DNA from: Burkholderiales bacterium
GTDB taxonomy: Bacteria; Pseudomonadota; Gammaproteobacteria; Burkholderiales; SG8-39
Assembly (NCBI GenBank): GCA_035651575.1
Contig: DASRFM010000069.1
Location: forward strand, 12,725-76,724
Reading direction: 5' to 3'
DNA length: 64,000 nucleotides
This document shows positions 38,783 through 49,496 of this stretch, piece by piece. The stretch's first letter is position 1. Each line of letters opens with the position of its first letter. The notes below the pieces were generated by a model, which was given only the letters and a program-made list of their open reading frames with translations, was not told the DNA's origin and made no database searches. The position numbers and the translations under genes were made by a program.

Positions 38783-39547
38783 TTGATTACGTACGAGTAT
38801 CCGCTCAACGAGCGCATACGCACCTTGCTGCGGCTCGAGGACCTGTTCGAGCGCTCCCGGCACTTCATCGCCCGCAGCGACCCGCAAGACCATCACATGG
38901 CGCTGCTCACGCTCTTCGAGATCCTCGAGGTGGCGAGCCGCGCGGACCTCAAGTCCGACCTGCTGCAGGAGCTCGAGCGGCAGAAGCAGGTGCTGCTCTC
39001 CTTCAAGAACAATCCGGACATTTCCGAGGAGGCGCTGAACGGCGTGCTGCGCGACATCGAGCAGGCGTCGGCCGCACTCTTCTCCATGACCGGCAAGATC
39101 GGGCAGTACCTGCGCGAGAACGACTGGCTGATGTCGATCAAGCAGCGCACCGGGATTCCCGGCGGCGCATGCGAGTTCGACCTGCCCTCCTACCACTACT
39201 GGCTGCATCGGCCGGCCGAGGAGCGCACCGGGCACCTTGCCGCGTGGACCGCGCCGCTCTATCCGCTGCGCGACGGCTCGGCGATCATCCTGCGCATCCT
39301 GCGCGAGTCGGGCAAGCCGCAGCAGGTCAAGGCGCCGCAGGGCACCTTCCAGCAGATGCTCGGCGGCAAGACCGCCCAGATGATGCGGGTGCGGCTCGAG
39401 CCCTCGGTGCCCGTCGTGCCGGAGATCAGCGCCAACAAGTACGTGCTCAACATCCGCTTCCTGTCGCAGAACGGCGAGCACCAGGAGCCGCGCCAGCGCA
39501 CCGCCGACTGGGACGTCGCCTTCGAGCTGACCTTCTGCAATCTCTGA
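38783..39547 (+). CDS. zapD: Cell division protein ZapD
   Basis: (L)[21 protein letters not shown]... matches the ZapD N-terminus. TTG at 38783 gives 254 aa. The track start (GTG at 38720) would add 21 non-conserved residues. Confidence 0.85.
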   Translation: MITYEYPLNERIRTLLRLEDLFERSRHFIARSDPQDHHMALLTLFEILEVASRADLKSDLLQELERQKQVLLSFKNNPDISEEALNGVLRDIEQASAALFSMTGKIGQYLRENDWLMSIKQRTGIPGGACEFDLPSYHYWLHRPAEERTGHLAAWTAPLYPLRDGSAIILRILRESGKPQQVKAPQGTFQQMLGGKTAQMMRVRLEPSVPVVPEISANKYVLNIRFLSQNGEHQEPRQRTADWDVAFELTFCNL

Positions 39548-39551
39548 GCAA

Positions 39552-39740
39552 GTGAAGAGCGTTCCCTGCCCGCGCTGCGGCGCGCCGGCAAGCTTCGAAG
39601 CCTCCAACAAGTGGCGCCCTTTTTGCAGCGAGCGCTGCAAGATGATCGACCTGGGCGACTGGGCCGCCGAGCGCTACCGCATCCCGGAGGCCGACAAGAA
39701 GCCGGACGACGCCCCGCCGGAGCTTCCCGAGGGCAACTAG
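39552..39740 (+). CDS. yacG: DNA gyrase inhibitor YacG (zinc finger)
   Basis: 62 aa. Contains CPRCGAP...[17 protein letters not shown]. Confidence 0.9.
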   Translation: MKSVPCPRCGAPASFEASNKWRPFCSERCKMIDLGDWAAERYRIPEADKKPDDAPPELPEGN

Positions 39741-40678
39741 GCCCAGCTGCCGCGCACCATCGCGACGCCGTGCGCGCCGGCGCGCCAGGCCTGCTCGAGA
39801 TCCGCGCGGGTGAGCCCGCCGATCGCGTAGACGGGCAGCGTCGCGCCACGGGCGAGCGCCCGGAAGCCCTCCCAGCCGAGCGGGCGCGCATCCGGGTGGC
39901 TGGCGGTCGGCTTCACCGGCCCGGCGACGGCGAAGTCGAAGCCGAGCTCCATCGCCCGCTCGAGCTCGGCGCGCGTGTGGCAGGAGGCGGCCGCAAGCCC
40001 GGGCGCCGGCCGCTGCCCGATTTTCATCAGCTCCTCGGCGGTGACGTGCAGGCCGTCCGCGCCGGCGACGGGCGACTTGGCGATGACCTTGCAGCCGTAC
40101 CGGTGAGCCAGGCCGATGACCTGGGCCGTGAATCGCTTGCGCTCCTCCTCGCCCAGGCCGGGCTCGCGGACCTGGACAATGCCGAGGCCCTTCTTCAGCC
40201 TTTCTTCCAGCAGGGCGAGCATTTTTGCCGTGCCGAAGGCGCCTGCGCTGGTGATCGCGTACTCGCGCGGCAGGGCGAGGGAGGCGAGTACGGGCGCATT
40301 CGCAGGCAGCATTGGATCCGCCACGGCCGCGTCCGGGCGCTGCCACGCGATCGCCTGGTCCTCGAGCGCACGCGGCTCGCCGCGCCATTCGAGCACCCGG
40401 AAGAAGTTGAGCCGCACCGTGGCGTGCGGGTAGGTAAAAACGCGGGTGATCCACGGATAGGCGCGCACCACCTCGATGCCGAGCTCCTCGCGCAGCTCGC
40501 GTGCGAGCGCCGCTTCGGCCGGCTCGCCCGCCTCTACCTTGCCTCCCGGGAACTCCCAGTAGCCCGCGTACACCTTGCCCGGCGGGCGCTGGGCGAGCAG
40601 GAAGGCGCCGTCGCCGCGCTCGAGGACTGCGGCCGCGACCTCGACGATTACTTCTTCCTGCTGTGCTGTCCGGCCCAA
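39737..40678 (-). CDS. Nudix (MutT-like) hydrolase fused to a thiamine-phosphate-synthase-like (TMP-TENI) domain
   Basis: TTG at 40678. 313 aa. The Nudix box is [29 protein letters not shown]. The C-terminal half has ...VQVREPG...GLHVTAEEL...PVYAIGGL. The track start at 40792 would overlap the upstream gene by 145 nt. Confidence 0.8.
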   Translation of the reverse strand: MGRTAQQEEVIVEVAAAVLERGDGAFLLAQRPPGKVYAGYWEFPGGKVEAGEPAEAALARELREELGIEVVRAYPWITRVFTYPHATVRLNFFRVLEWRGEPRALEDQAIAWQRPDAAVADPMLPANAPVLASLALPREYAITSAGAFGTAKMLALLEERLKKGLGIVQVREPGLGEEERKRFTAQVIGLAHRYGCKVIAKSPVAGADGLHVTAEELMKIGQRPAPGLAAASCHTRAELERAMELGFDFAVAGPVKPTASHPDARPLGWEGFRALARGATLPVYAIGGLTRADLEQAWRAGAHGVAMVRGSWA

Positions 40679-41502
40679 TCTCTGGCGAACTGGTAGGCGA
40701 CGCGCCCGCTGCGCGATCCCCGTTGCAGGGCCCACTGCAGCGCCTGCTCCTTCGCGCCCTCCGAAAGCGCGGCGCCGAAGGACTTGAGCCACTGGGCGAC
40801 GATGTCAAGGTACTCGTCCTGGTCGAACGGGTAGAAGGTGACCCAGAGGCCGAAGCGCTCGGAGAGCGAGATCTTCTCCTCGACCGTCTCGCCGGGATGG
40901 ATCTCGTCGCCCACGTACTTGGTCTCGAGGTTCTCCGCCATATACTCCGGCATGAGGTGGCGCCGGTTCGACGTGGCGTAGATGAGCAGGTTCTCGGAGG
41001 TGGTGGAGATCGAGCCGTCGAGCGCCACCTTGAGCGCGATGTAGCCCTCCTCCGAGCCGTGGAACGTGAGGTCGTCGCAGAAGACAAGGAAGCGCTCGCG
41101 CCGCCCCGCGACGCGGTCGACGAGATTCGGCAGGTCGATGAGGTCGTTCTTCTCCACCTCGATCAGGCGCAGGCCCTGCTTCGCGTACTTGTTGAGCAGG
41201 CCCTTCACGATGGAGGACTTGCCCGTGCCGCGCGCGCCGGTGAGGAGCACGTTGTTCGCCGGCTTGCCCTCGAGGAACTGGCGCGTGTTCTGCTCGACGC
41301 GGCGGATCTGGGCGTCGATGCCGCGCAGGTCGGAGAGCTTGATGCGATGCACGTGCGTGACCGGCTGCAGCCAGCCGGGATGCCCTCTGCGGCCGCTCGA
41401 GCGCCAGCGGAACGCGACGCTCGCGCTCCAGTCGGTCGGCGGCGGCGCCGGCGGCAGGAGCTGATCGAGGCGCTCCAGGATCTTGTCGAGTTCCTTGCTC
41501 AC
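40648..41502 (-). CDS. DUF815-family AAA ATP-binding protein
   Basis: 284 aa. Walker A is [17 protein letters not shown] and Walker B is [10 protein letters not shown]. Confidence 0.8.
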   Translation of the reverse strand: MSKELDKILERLDQLLPPAPPPTDWSASVAFRWRSSGRRGHPGWLQPVTHVHRIKLSDLRGIDAQIRRVEQNTRQFLEGKPANNVLLTGARGTGKSSIVKGLLNKYAKQGLRLIEVEKNDLIDLPNLVDRVAGRRERFLVFCDDLTFHGSEEGYIALKVALDGSISTTSENLLIYATSNRRHLMPEYMAENLETKYVGDEIHPGETVEEKISLSERFGLWVTFYPFDQDEYLDIVAQWLKSFGAALSEGAKEQALQWALQRGSRSGRVAYQFARDWAGQHSRKK

Positions 41503-41512
41503 GGGAGGCGCA

Positions 41513-42715
41513 TTACGTCCTGTATTCGGCGTTGATTTTCACGTAGTCGAACGACAGGTCACAAGTCCAGAGGGTCGCGGCCGCCTTTCCGCGGTTCAGG
41601 ACCGCGCGCACGCTGAACTCCGGCTTCTTCATCGCCGCGACGCCCTGCTCCTCGCGATACGCCGCGCTGCGGCCGCCCGCCTTCACCACCAGCACGTCGT
41701 CGATGTACAGGTCCACCTTCGAGGTGTCGAGCGGGACGCCGGCATAGCCGATCGCGGCGAGGATGCGCCCGAGGTTCGGGTCGGAAGCGAAGAAGGCGGT
41801 CTTCACGAGCGGCGAATGCGCGACGGCGTAGCCGACCCGCCGGCATTCCGCCTCGCTCGCGCCGCGCTCGATGCGCAGGGTCACGAACTTGGTCGCGCCC
41901 TCGCCGTCGCGCACGATGGCCTGCGCGAGCTCGGCGGCGACGTCGGTCATGGCCGCCTCGAGGCGCTCCAGGTCCTTCTTCGTTTTCGCCGCGGCCGCGC
42001 GGCCGGTCGCAATCGCGATGCACGAGTCGTTCGTCGACGTGTCGCCGTCCACCGTGACGCTGTTGAAGGAGCGCTCGGTGATCCGCCCGAGCATCTTCGC
42101 GAGCGCGCCCTTGGGCAGGGCCGCGTCCGTGGCGAGGAAGCCGAGCATCGTCGCCATGTCGGGCCGGATCATGCCGGCGCCCTTCGCGATTCCGGTCACG
42201 ACGGCCTGTCCAGAGGACATGGAAACCCTCCGCGAGAAGGCCTTCGGCACGGTGTCCGTGGTCATGATCGCCTCGGCGGCGGTCGCCCAGTCGCACGGCT
42301 GCAGCGCAGGAAGCGCGGCGACGATGCGCTCTGCGGGCAGCGGCTCCATGATCACGCCGGTCGAGAAGGGAAGCACCTGTGCCGGCTTGCAGCCGACGCG
42401 GGCCGCGACGGCCCGGCATACCTGCATGGCGCGCGCGAGCCCATCCTTCCCGGTGCCGGCGTTGGCGTTTCCGGTATTCACGACGAGAGCCCGGACCTGC
42501 AGCTTGCCCGCGAGATTCTTCTTGCAGATCCCGACCGGGGCCGCGCAGAACCGGTTGCGCGTAAAGACGCCCGCCACCGCGCAGCCCGGCGCAAGGGTCA
42601 TCACGAGCAGGTCCTTGCGCCCGGGCTTGCGCACGCCCGCCATCGCATAGCGCAGCTCTACGCCGGAGACGGGGTCGAGGGAGCGCGGGTCGGGGGGCGC
42701 GAGGTTGACCGCCAT
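41513..42715 (-). CDS. argJ: Bifunctional glutamate N-acetyltransferase / amino-acid acetyltransferase
   Basis: 400 aa. Contains [29 protein letters not shown] (autoprocessing site) and [10 protein letters not shown]. Confidence 0.95.
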   Translation of the reverse strand: MAVNLAPPDPRSLDPVSGVELRYAMAGVRKPGRKDLLVMTLAPGCAVAGVFTRNRFCAAPVGICKKNLAGKLQVRALVVNTGNANAGTGKDGLARAMQVCRAVAARVGCKPAQVLPFSTGVIMEPLPAERIVAALPALQPCDWATAAEAIMTTDTVPKAFSRRVSMSSGQAVVTGIAKGAGMIRPDMATMLGFLATDAALPKGALAKMLGRITERSFNSVTVDGDTSTNDSCIAIATGRAAAAKTKKDLERLEAAMTDVAAELAQAIVRDGEGATKFVTLRIERGASEAECRRVGYAVAHSPLVKTAFFASDPNLGRILAAIGYAGVPLDTSKVDLYIDDVLVVKAGGRSAAYREEQGVAAMKKPEFSVRAVLNRGKAAATLWTCDLSFDYVKINAEYRT

Positions 42716-42719
42716 GCGG

Positions 42720-45533
42720 CTAGGTCAACTTGCCGTGGCAGTGCTTGTATTTCTTGCCCGAGCCGCAGGGACAGGGGTCGTTGCGGCCGACTTTCTGCGC
42801 ATGGCGCACCGTCGGCTGCGCCTTCTTCTTCGTCGCCGCTTCGGCGAGCGCAACGTCGCCGTTGCCGTAGCCCGCGGCCTCGTCCGGCTCCGCGTCGAGC
42901 GCGCTCGCGTGCACCGGCGTCACGTTCTCGACATGCATGCGGTCGTCGGGCCTGATGTCCTCCTGCGTGCGCACTTCCACCGCGGTCAGCGTCTTCACCA
43001 CCTCCAGCTTCACCGACTCGAGCATCGCGCCGAAGAGCTCGAACGCCTCGCGCTTGTACTCCTGCTTCGGGTTCTTCTGCGCGTAGCCGCGCAGGTGGAT
43101 GCCCTGGCGCAGGTGGTCGAGCGCCGCGAGGTGCTCGCGCCAGTGCCCGTCCAGGATCTGCAGCATCACGTAGCGCTCGTACTGCCGGAACGAGGCTTCG
43201 GCGCCGGCGGGGACCTTGCCGGCGTACGCCTCGTGCGACTTGGCGACGATGCGCTCGAGGAGCGCGTCGTCGGCGAGCTCGGGCTCCTGCTCGAGCCATT
43301 GGCGCAGCGGCAGCTCCAGGCCGAACTCGGACTTGACCGCGCCCTCCAGGCCCGGGACGTCCCACTGCTCCTCGACGCTCTCGGGCGGGATGAACTGTCG
43401 GAAGAGGTCCGCGACCACGCCCGCGCGCAGGTCGGCGATGCGCGCCGAGACGTCCTGCGACTCGAGCACCTCGTTCCTGAGCGCGTAGATCGTCTTCCTC
43501 TGGTCGTTCGCGACGTCGTCGTACTCGAGCAGCTGCTTGCGGATGTCGAAGTTCCTCGCCTCGACCTTGCGCTGCGCGCTCTCGATCGAGCGCGTGACCA
43601 TCGGGTGCTCGATCGCCTCGCCCTCGGGCATCTTCAGCATCACCATGATGCGGTTGATGCGCTCGCCGGCGAAGATGCGCAGCAGCGGGTCCTCGAGCGA
43701 CATGTAGAAGCGCGAGCTGCCCGGGTCGCCCTGGCGGCCGGAACGGCCGCGCAGCTGGTTGTCCACGCGCCGCGACTCGTGACGCTCGGTGCCGATGATG
43801 TGCAGCCCGCCCGCCTTCACCACCTGGTCGTGGAGATGCTGCCACTCGCCGCGCAGGGTCGAGATGCGCGCCTGCTTCTCCTCCTGCGCGAGCCCTTCGG
43901 TCGCCTCCACCAGGTCGCACTGCTTCTCGACGTTGCCGCCGAGGACGATGTCGGTGCCGCGGCCGGCCATGTTGGTCGCGATGGTGACCATCTTGGGCCG
44001 TCCGGCCTGCGCCACGATCTCGGCCTCGCGCGCGTGCTGCTTCGCGTTCAGCACCTGGTGCGGCAGCTTCTCCTTGGCGAGCAGCCCGGAAAGGAGCTCG
44101 GAATTCTCGATCGAGGTGGTGCCGACGAGCACCGGCTGGCCGCCCTCGTAGCAGGAGCGGATGTCGTTGATCACCGCCTGGTACTTCTCCTTCGCGGTGC
44201 GGTACACCTGGTCCTGGCGGTCGTCGCGGATCATCGGCCGGTGCGTCGGGATGACGACCGTCTCGAGGCTGTAGATCTCCTGGAACTCGTACGCCTCGGT
44301 GTCCGCGGTGCCGGTCATGCCGGCGAGCTTGCCGTACATGCGGAAGTAGTTCTGGAACGTGATCGAGGCGAGCGTCTGGTTCTCGTTCTGGATCGCGACG
44401 TTTTCCTTCGCCTCGACCGCCTGGTGCAGCCCGTCGGACCAGCGCCGCCCGTGCATCAGGCGCCCGGTGAACTCGTCCACGATGATGATCTCGCCCTCCT
44501 GCACCACGTAGTGCTGGTCGCGGTGGAACAGGTGGTGCGCGCGCAGCGCCGCGTAGAGCTGGTGCACGAGGTTGATGTAGGCCGGCTCGTAGAGGCTCGC
44601 GCCCTGCGGGATCATGCCGACGCGCCCGAGGATCTGCTCCGCCTTCTCGTGGCCCGCCTCGGAAAGCACGATCTGGTGGTTCTTCTCGTCCACCCAGAAA
44701 TCGCCCGGCGGATCGGGATGGTCGGGCTTCTTCTCCTCCTTCTGCCGCGTGAGGAGGGGCGCCACCTGGTTCATCTTCTGGTAGACCTCGGTCCGGTCCT
44801 CCGCCTGGCCGGAGATGATGAGCGGCGTGCGCGCCTCGTCGATCAGGATCGAGTCCACCTCGTCCACGATGGCGTAGCTGAGGCCGCGCTGGAAGCGCTC
44901 CTCGACGTGCATCGCCATGTTGTCGCGCAGGTAGTCGAACCCGAACTCGTTGTTCGTGCCGTAGGTGATGTCGGCGGCGTAGGCCTCGCGCTTGAGCTCG
45001 GGCTCCATGTGCGGCAGATTCACCCCCACGGTCAGGCCGAGGAAGCGGAAAATCTTGCCCATCCACTCGGCGTCGCGCTTCGCCAGGTAGTCGTTCACCG
45101 TGACGATGTGCACGCCCTTGCCCGTGAGCGCGTTCAGGTAGGCGGGCAGCGTGGCGACGAGCGTCTTGCCCTCGCCGGTCTTCATCTCGGCGATCTTGCC
45201 GTCGTTCAGCACCATGCCGCCGATGAGCTGCACGTCGAAATGGCGCATGCGCACGGTGCGCTTCGCGGCTTCGCGGACCACGGCGAAGGCTTCCGGCAGG
45301 AGCTCCTGCAGCGCCGCCCCGCCGGCGTGGCGCTTCTTCAGCTCGGCCGTCTTGCCTGCGAGCGCGCTGTCGGAAAGCGCGGCGATCTCGCGCTCGAGCG
45401 CGTTGACCTGGGCGAGGACGCGCGAATACTGCTTGAGCAGCCGCTCGTTGCGGCTGCCGAACACCCGGGTGGGGAAGCGCCAGACGGCCTCGAGGACCTT
45501 GCGCGCGGAATGGCGTACGGCGAGGTTGTTCAT
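42720..45533 (-). CDS. secA: Preprotein translocase ATPase SecA
   Basis: About 937 aa. Contains [54 protein letters not shown] and the C-terminal zinc motif [17 protein letters not shown] at 45533 is chosen over the track TTG at 45536. The N-terminus is about 16 aa longer than usual. Confidence 0.95.
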   Translation of the reverse strand: MNNLAVRHSARKVLEAVWRFPTRVFGSRNERLLKQYSRVLAQVNALEREIAALSDSALAGKTAELKKRHAGGAALQELLPEAFAVVREAAKRTVRMRHFDVQLIGGMVLNDGKIAEMKTGEGKTLVATLPAYLNALTGKGVHIVTVNDYLAKRDAEWMGKIFRFLGLTVGVNLPHMEPELKREAYAADITYGTNNEFGFDYLRDNMAMHVEERFQRGLSYAIVDEVDSILIDEARTPLIISGQAEDRTEVYQKMNQVAPLLTRQKEEKKPDHPDPPGDFWVDEKNHQIVLSEAGHEKAEQILGRVGMIPQGASLYEPAYINLVHQLYAALRAHHLFHRDQHYVVQEGEIIIVDEFTGRLMHGRRWSDGLHQAVEAKENVAIQNENQTLASITFQNYFRMYGKLAGMTGTADTEAYEFQEIYSLETVVIPTHRPMIRDDRQDQVYRTAKEKYQAVINDIRSCYEGGQPVLVGTTSIENSELLSGLLAKEKLPHQVLNAKQHAREAEIVAQAGRPKMVTIATNMAGRGTDIVLGGNVEKQCDLVEATEGLAQEEKQARISTLRGEWQHLHDQVVKAGGLHIIGTERHESRRVDNQLRGRSGRQGDPGSSRFYMSLEDPLLRIFAGERINRIMVMLKMPEGEAIEHPMVTRSIESAQRKVEARNFDIRKQLLEYDDVANDQRKTIYALRNEVLESQDVSARIADLRAGVVADLFRQFIPPESVEEQWDVPGLEGAVKSEFGLELPLRQWLEQEPELADDALLERIVAKSHEAYAGKVPAGAEASFRQYERYVMLQILDGHWREHLAALDHLRQGIHLRGYAQKNPKQEYKREAFELFGAMLESVKLEVVKTLTAVEVRTQEDIRPDDRMHVENVTPVHASALDAEPDEAAGYGNGDVALAEAATKKKAQPTVRHAQKVGRNDPCPCGSGKKYKHCHGKLT

Positions 45534-45590
45534 CAACCCGCGAAAAACGAAGATTTTATCACGCCGAGGCGGGCCGCCCCGGATTGCGCG

Positions 45591-46544
45591 CTAGCGCCTG
45601 GCTGCGAACTGCGGCGCGGCGGGCGTCGTATTGAGCGAAAGGAAACGCGCCGGATTCTGCGCGGCGCCGCGGTAGCGCACTTCGAAATGCAAATGCGGCC
45701 CGGTGGAGCGCCCGGTGCTGCCGGAGAGCGCGATGCGCCGCCCGCGCAGCACGACGTCCCCGACCTTGACGAACAGCTTCGACAGATGCGCGTAGCGCGT
45801 GACGAGGTCGTTGCCGTGGTCGATGTCGACCATGAAGCCGTACTGTGGATGGAAGCCCGCGAACTGCACCATCCCGCCGGCCGCCGCCACCACGCTGCTG
45901 CCGGGCTCGGCGAGGAAGTCGATTCCCTCGTGCATCGCGAGCTGGCCGGTGAACGGATCGATGCGCCGGCCGAAGCTCGAGGCCTGGTAGGGCGCCTCGA
46001 CCGGCATCATGGTCGGAAGCAGCTTCTTCTTCACCGCCTGCTCGAAGAGCTGCGCTTCGAGCACGCTCATCATGTCGTTGCGGTTCTCGAGGTGGCGCGA
46101 TACCGCGGCGAGCTTCTCGCTGAACTCGGCGAGCGAGAGGTTCTGGGGCGGCAGCAGGGTGGGCGACGCGCCGCCGAGGCCAGGCGCCTCGGCGAAGCGG
46201 AACTCCTGCGGCCGGATCCCGGCGAGGGGCGACAGGCGCTCGCCGAGCGCGTCCAGGCGCGTGAGCTGCGCCTGCATCTCGCCGAGCTTGACCGCCATGG
46301 CGTTCAGGTTCTGCTGCACGAAGGCGCGGGCGCGCTCGGCCTCCGCTTCCTGGGCCGCCACGACCAGCTTCTGCAGCAGCGGGATGCGCAGCTCGGTCGC
46401 GTTGCGGATGGTGACCCAGTACAGCCCCGCGGTGCAGCCCAGCAGCAGGGTGACCCCGAGGACCGCTGCGGCGCCAAGATGCAGCACGGACAGGTGCAGC
46501 GTCCGCGCTCTGGCCAGCCGATCCGAGATCAGGATAATCTGCAC
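45591..46544 (-). CDS. M23-family metallopeptidase with an N-terminal membrane anchor and a coiled coil
   Basis: 317 aa. Contains ...FGRRIDPFTGQLAMHEGIDF... and ...GSTGRSTGPHLHFEVR. Confidence 0.88.
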   Translation of the reverse strand: MQIILISDRLARARTLHLSVLHLGAAAVLGVTLLLGCTAGLYWVTIRNATELRIPLLQKLVVAAQEAEAERARAFVQQNLNAMAVKLGEMQAQLTRLDALGERLSPLAGIRPQEFRFAEAPGLGGASPTLLPPQNLSLAEFSEKLAAVSRHLENRNDMMSVLEAQLFEQAVKKKLLPTMMPVEAPYQASSFGRRIDPFTGQLAMHEGIDFLAEPGSSVVAAAGGMVQFAGFHPQYGFMVDIDHGNDLVTRYAHLSKLFVKVGDVVLRGRRIALSGSTGRSTGPHLHFEVRYRGAAQNPARFLSLNTTPAAPQFAARR

Positions 46545-46574
46545 GCGAAACCCTCTCGAGCTACAGCGACCCCT

Positions 46575-47114
46575 GTGCGAATTCCCAAGATCGACCGACT
46601 CCTAGCGGCCGATACTGAGCTGCAACCTCTTTTGACGAAGACACGCGAGATTCGCGCGCTCGCCGGGCTTGTTGACGGGTTCTTCCCGCCGGACCTTGCC
46701 CGCCAGGTCCGTGTGGCCAACCTACGGGAGGGGGAGCTCGTGCTCCTGGCCGCGAATTCCTCCGTCGCGGCGAAGCTGAAGCTGCTGGCCCCGTCCCTTG
46801 GCCGTTATCTTGTTACGCAGCGCCAGCAGGTTAATTCAGTTTCGGTACGGGTGCAACCAAACGCGTCACGCCCCGGCGCGGCGGGGGCGCCTGCTGCAAC
46901 GCGCAAGTCTGCGCACTTTTCCTCATCTGCGCTCGCCGCGCTGGCCGCGCTCTACGAGGGGATGCAGGACTCGCCGGCGCGGCGCGCCCTGCGGGAGCTG
47001 CTCCAGCACGCGGGCGCGCTCAAAGAATCCGCGGGCACGCTCAGACCAGGACCAGCAGGCGCTCCGCAAGGAGAAGAAGCAGCACCAGCGCGACCGCGAA
47101 GACCGCGTACCTGA
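46575..47114 (+). CDS. DUF721 (DciA-like) protein
   Basis: 3' end of the giant antisense track ORF 42705..47114, taken from GTG at 46575. Sequence ...LLTKTREIRALAGLVDGFFPPDLARQVRVANLREGELVLLAANSSVAAKLKLLAPSLGRYL... resembles DUF721. Located between the M23 peptidase and lpxC genes, as in other proteobacteria. Confidence 0.55.
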   Translation: MRIPKIDRLLAADTELQPLLTKTREIRALAGLVDGFFPPDLARQVRVANLREGELVLLAANSSVAAKLKLLAPSLGRYLVTQRQQVNSVSVRVQPNASRPGAAGAPAATRKSAHFSSSALAALAALYEGMQDSPARRALRELLQHAGALKESAGTLRPGPAGAPQGEEAAPARPRRPRT

Positions 47115-47226
47115 AGAGCCGCCAGGCGATGCGCAGCCACTTGCGCTCGCCGGTCATCGCCCACAGGAGCACGCTCACGCCGAGCGCGACCGCGACCAGG
47201 AGTCCGACGACGCGGATGAGGAGCAC
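47041..47226 (-). CDS. Small two-helix membrane protein (61 aa)
   Basis: Track ORF (GTG start), 26 nt downstream of lpxC. Two hydrophobic helices. Strongly GC3-biased codons, unlike the overlapping tail of the DUF721 frame. Confidence 0.5.
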   Translation of the reverse strand: MLLIRVVGLLVAVALGVSVLLWAMTGERKWLRIAWRLFRYAVFAVALVLLLLLAERLLVLV

Positions 47227-47252
47227 TCAGTCCCCGCCTCTGGGTCCGGCTC

Positions 47253-48167
47253 TCAGCCCGATTGCGCGACCAGCCGGGCTACCGCCGCCGGGGCGTCCTC
47301 CGCGCGCTCGAACGAGACGGTCTCGAACGCGTCGCCCTGCGCGAGCGCGGCGCGCAGCAGCCGGTTGTTGAGCGCGTGCCCCGACTTGTGCGCGCTGAAG
47401 GCGCCGAGCAGCGGCCGGCCGAGGAGGTAGAGATCGCCGATCGCGTCGAGCAGCTTGTGGCGGATGAACTCGTCGGCGAAGCGCAGCCCTTCTGCGTTGA
47501 GCACGCGGTATTCGTCCAGCACCACGGCGTTGTCGAGCCCGCCGCCGAGCGCGAGGCCGCTCTCGCGCAGCGCCTCCACGTCGTGCATGAAGCCGAAGGT
47601 GCGCGCGCGCGAGATCTCCTTCAGGTACGAGGTCTGCGCGAAATCGACGCTCACCTGCTGCGTCGAGCGCTCGATGACGGGGTGGCGGAACTCGATCGAG
47701 AACGTCAGGCGGTAGCCCTCGTAGGGATCGAGGCGCGCCCACTTGTCGCCCTCCACCACCTCGACGCGGCGCCTGACGCGCGCGAACTTCTTGGGCGCCG
47801 CCTGCTCCGCGATCCCCGCCTGCTGCAGCAAAAGAACGAACGGCGCGGCGCTGCCGTCCATGATCGGCAGCTCGGCCGCGTCGAGCTCGATGCAGGCGTT
47901 GTCGACGCCGAGCCCGCTCAGCGCCGACATGAGGTGCTCGACGGTGTGGATCTTCACGTCGCCCTTGACCAGCGTGGAGGCGAGGCGCGCCTCGCCCACC
48001 AGCTCGGCGCGCGCCGGGACGTCGAGCGGCACCGGCAGGTCGACGCGGCGGAACACGATGCCGCTGTCCGGCGGCGCGGGCTTCAGCGCCAGGCGCACTC
48101 TCTGCCCAGTGTGCAGGCCGACGCCCGCGGCGCGGACGGAAGATTTGAGGGTTCGCTGGCGCAACAT
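47253..48167 (-). CDS. lpxC: UDP-3-O-acyl-N-acetylglucosamine deacetylase
   Basis: 304 aa. Contains MLRQRTLK...[28 protein letters not shown] and HKSGHALNN. Confidence 0.96.
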   Translation of the reverse strand: MLRQRTLKSSVRAAGVGLHTGQRVRLALKPAPPDSGIVFRRVDLPVPLDVPARAELVGEARLASTLVKGDVKIHTVEHLMSALSGLGVDNACIELDAAELPIMDGSAAPFVLLLQQAGIAEQAAPKKFARVRRRVEVVEGDKWARLDPYEGYRLTFSIEFRHPVIERSTQQVSVDFAQTSYLKEISRARTFGFMHDVEALRESGLALGGGLDNAVVLDEYRVLNAEGLRFADEFIRHKLLDAIGDLYLLGRPLLGAFSAHKSGHALNNRLLRAALAQGDAFETVSFERAEDAPAAVARLVAQSG

Positions 48168-48180
48168 GCCAGCGAGGATT

Positions 48181-49404
48181 CTAACCGCTTCTCTCGCGCA
48201 GCAGCGCCTGGTAGCGCTCCTCGAGCTCCTCGACGCGGCGCTCGGCGTTCAGCTGATCGCTCAGGTCGTAGATCACGCCGAGGCGCGCGCGCCGCCCGTC
48301 GAAGTCCAGGTTGAACGAGATCACCTTGACGTGCATCAGCTCGCCGTTCTTCCTGCGATGGCGCCACACGCGCTGGCGGTAGTTGCGGCTGTGGTCCTCG
48401 AACGCCTTAAGGAGCCCGGCGACGTCCTCCTCGGGGCGAATCTGGTCGGCGGTCATGGAGAGGAATTCCGCCTTGCTGTAGCCGTACAGCCCGACCGCGG
48501 CGGCGTTCACGGCGAGGAAGGCGAGCGTCGCCGCGTCGACGATCCACATCGGCTGCGGGTGGATCTCGAAGAGCATGCGGTAGCGCTCCTCGCTGTCCTC
48601 GAGCGCCTTCTGGTCGCGCGCGCGCTCGGTGATGTCCTTGCCGATGCCGTGGTAGCCGCGGAACTTGCCCTGCTCGTCGAAGAGCGGCTCGCCGCTCACC
48701 GAGAGGTAGCGCAGCTCGCCTTCGCGGTTGTGGCGCAGGAAGATGAAGTCGGAGAACGACTCGTGGCGCTCGAGCTTGGCGCGGTGCTGCTGCCAGGCGC
48801 GCTCGGGCAGCGGCGCGAGGCCGGGCAGCTCCCAGCGCGTCTTGCCGATCACGATGTCGGTCTCGAGCCCCGGCGTATCGAGCTCCGGCACCTCGATGAA
48901 GCGGAAGTTCTCGTCCTGCTGCCAGTACCAGTCGGAGCTCATCTCGACCATGCGCTTGAAGCGCTGCTGGCTCGCGCGCAGCGCGCGCTTCATCGGCGTG
49001 ACGTCGCTCACCACCGCCATCGTGCAGAGCGGCGCGCCGCCCGCCTCGCGCACCACCGAGCCGGCGATGTAGGCCCAGATCGTCGAGCCGTCCTTGTGCG
49101 TATAGCGCCTTTCCGACAGGCGCGGCTTCATCTTCCCGGAGATCGCCTGCACCCGTGCCACGGCGGCGGACTCGAGGTCGTCGAGGTGGATGATGTCGAG
49201 GTGGGTCTTGAGCTGCAGCTCCGCCTCGGTGTAGCCGAGCATGCGGCAGAACGCCGGGTTGGCGCGCAGGAAGCGGCCGCCGAGCGAGAAGATCGCGATG
49301 CCGAGCGCAGACTGCTCGAACAGCGCGCCGAACAGTGCCTCGCCCTCCGGCACCGAGCCGCCGTTCTTCGCGTCCGCCTTGTCGGGCTCCCGTTCCGCCG
49401 CCAT
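48181..49404 (-). CDS. Triple-PAS-domain protein without a recognisable output domain
   Basis: 407 aa with three PAS-like repeats (...[30 protein letters not shown]...; ...[21 protein letters not shown]...; ...[33 protein letters not shown]...). SD AGGAGG. Ends 13 nt before the lpxC ATG. Confidence 0.8.
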   Translation of the reverse strand: MAAEREPDKADAKNGGSVPEGEALFGALFEQSALGIAIFSLGGRFLRANPAFCRMLGYTEAELQLKTHLDIIHLDDLESAAVARVQAISGKMKPRLSERRYTHKDGSTIWAYIAGSVVREAGGAPLCTMAVVSDVTPMKRALRASQQRFKRMVEMSSDWYWQQDENFRFIEVPELDTPGLETDIVIGKTRWELPGLAPLPERAWQQHRAKLERHESFSDFIFLRHNREGELRYLSVSGEPLFDEQGKFRGYHGIGKDITERARDQKALEDSEERYRMLFEIHPQPMWIVDAATLAFLAVNAAAVGLYGYSKAEFLSMTADQIRPEEDVAGLLKAFEDHSRNYRQRVWRHRRKNGELMHVKVISFNLDFDGRRARLGVIYDLSDQLNAERRVEELEERYQALLRERSG

Positions 49405-49496
49405 GCAGCCTCCTGGCGGCCATCATGACATAGAGAGCCGAAGCGGGGCACCCCCGGCAAGGAGGTGGGAGCGCCCCGCGAACCTTCTTTTACCTG

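Noticed and set aside
42705-46574. Giant 1469-aa plus-strand ORF (and similar track ORFs: 8747..11830 +, 35888..39640 -, 1775..4168 +, 14889..17027 +, 49551..51977 +, 39611..40696 +, 28038..29723 +)
   Set aside because: Each lies antisense to a gene with unmistakable conserved motifs (secA, alaS, pilC/pilD/coaE, the oxidoreductase fusion, SulP, ftsZ/ftsA and others). Their translations are Arg/Ala/Gly/His/Asp/Glu-rich low-complexity sequence, typical of stop-codon-poor antisense frames in GC-rich DNA. Only the last 540 nt of 42705..47114 were kept, as the DUF721-like gene.
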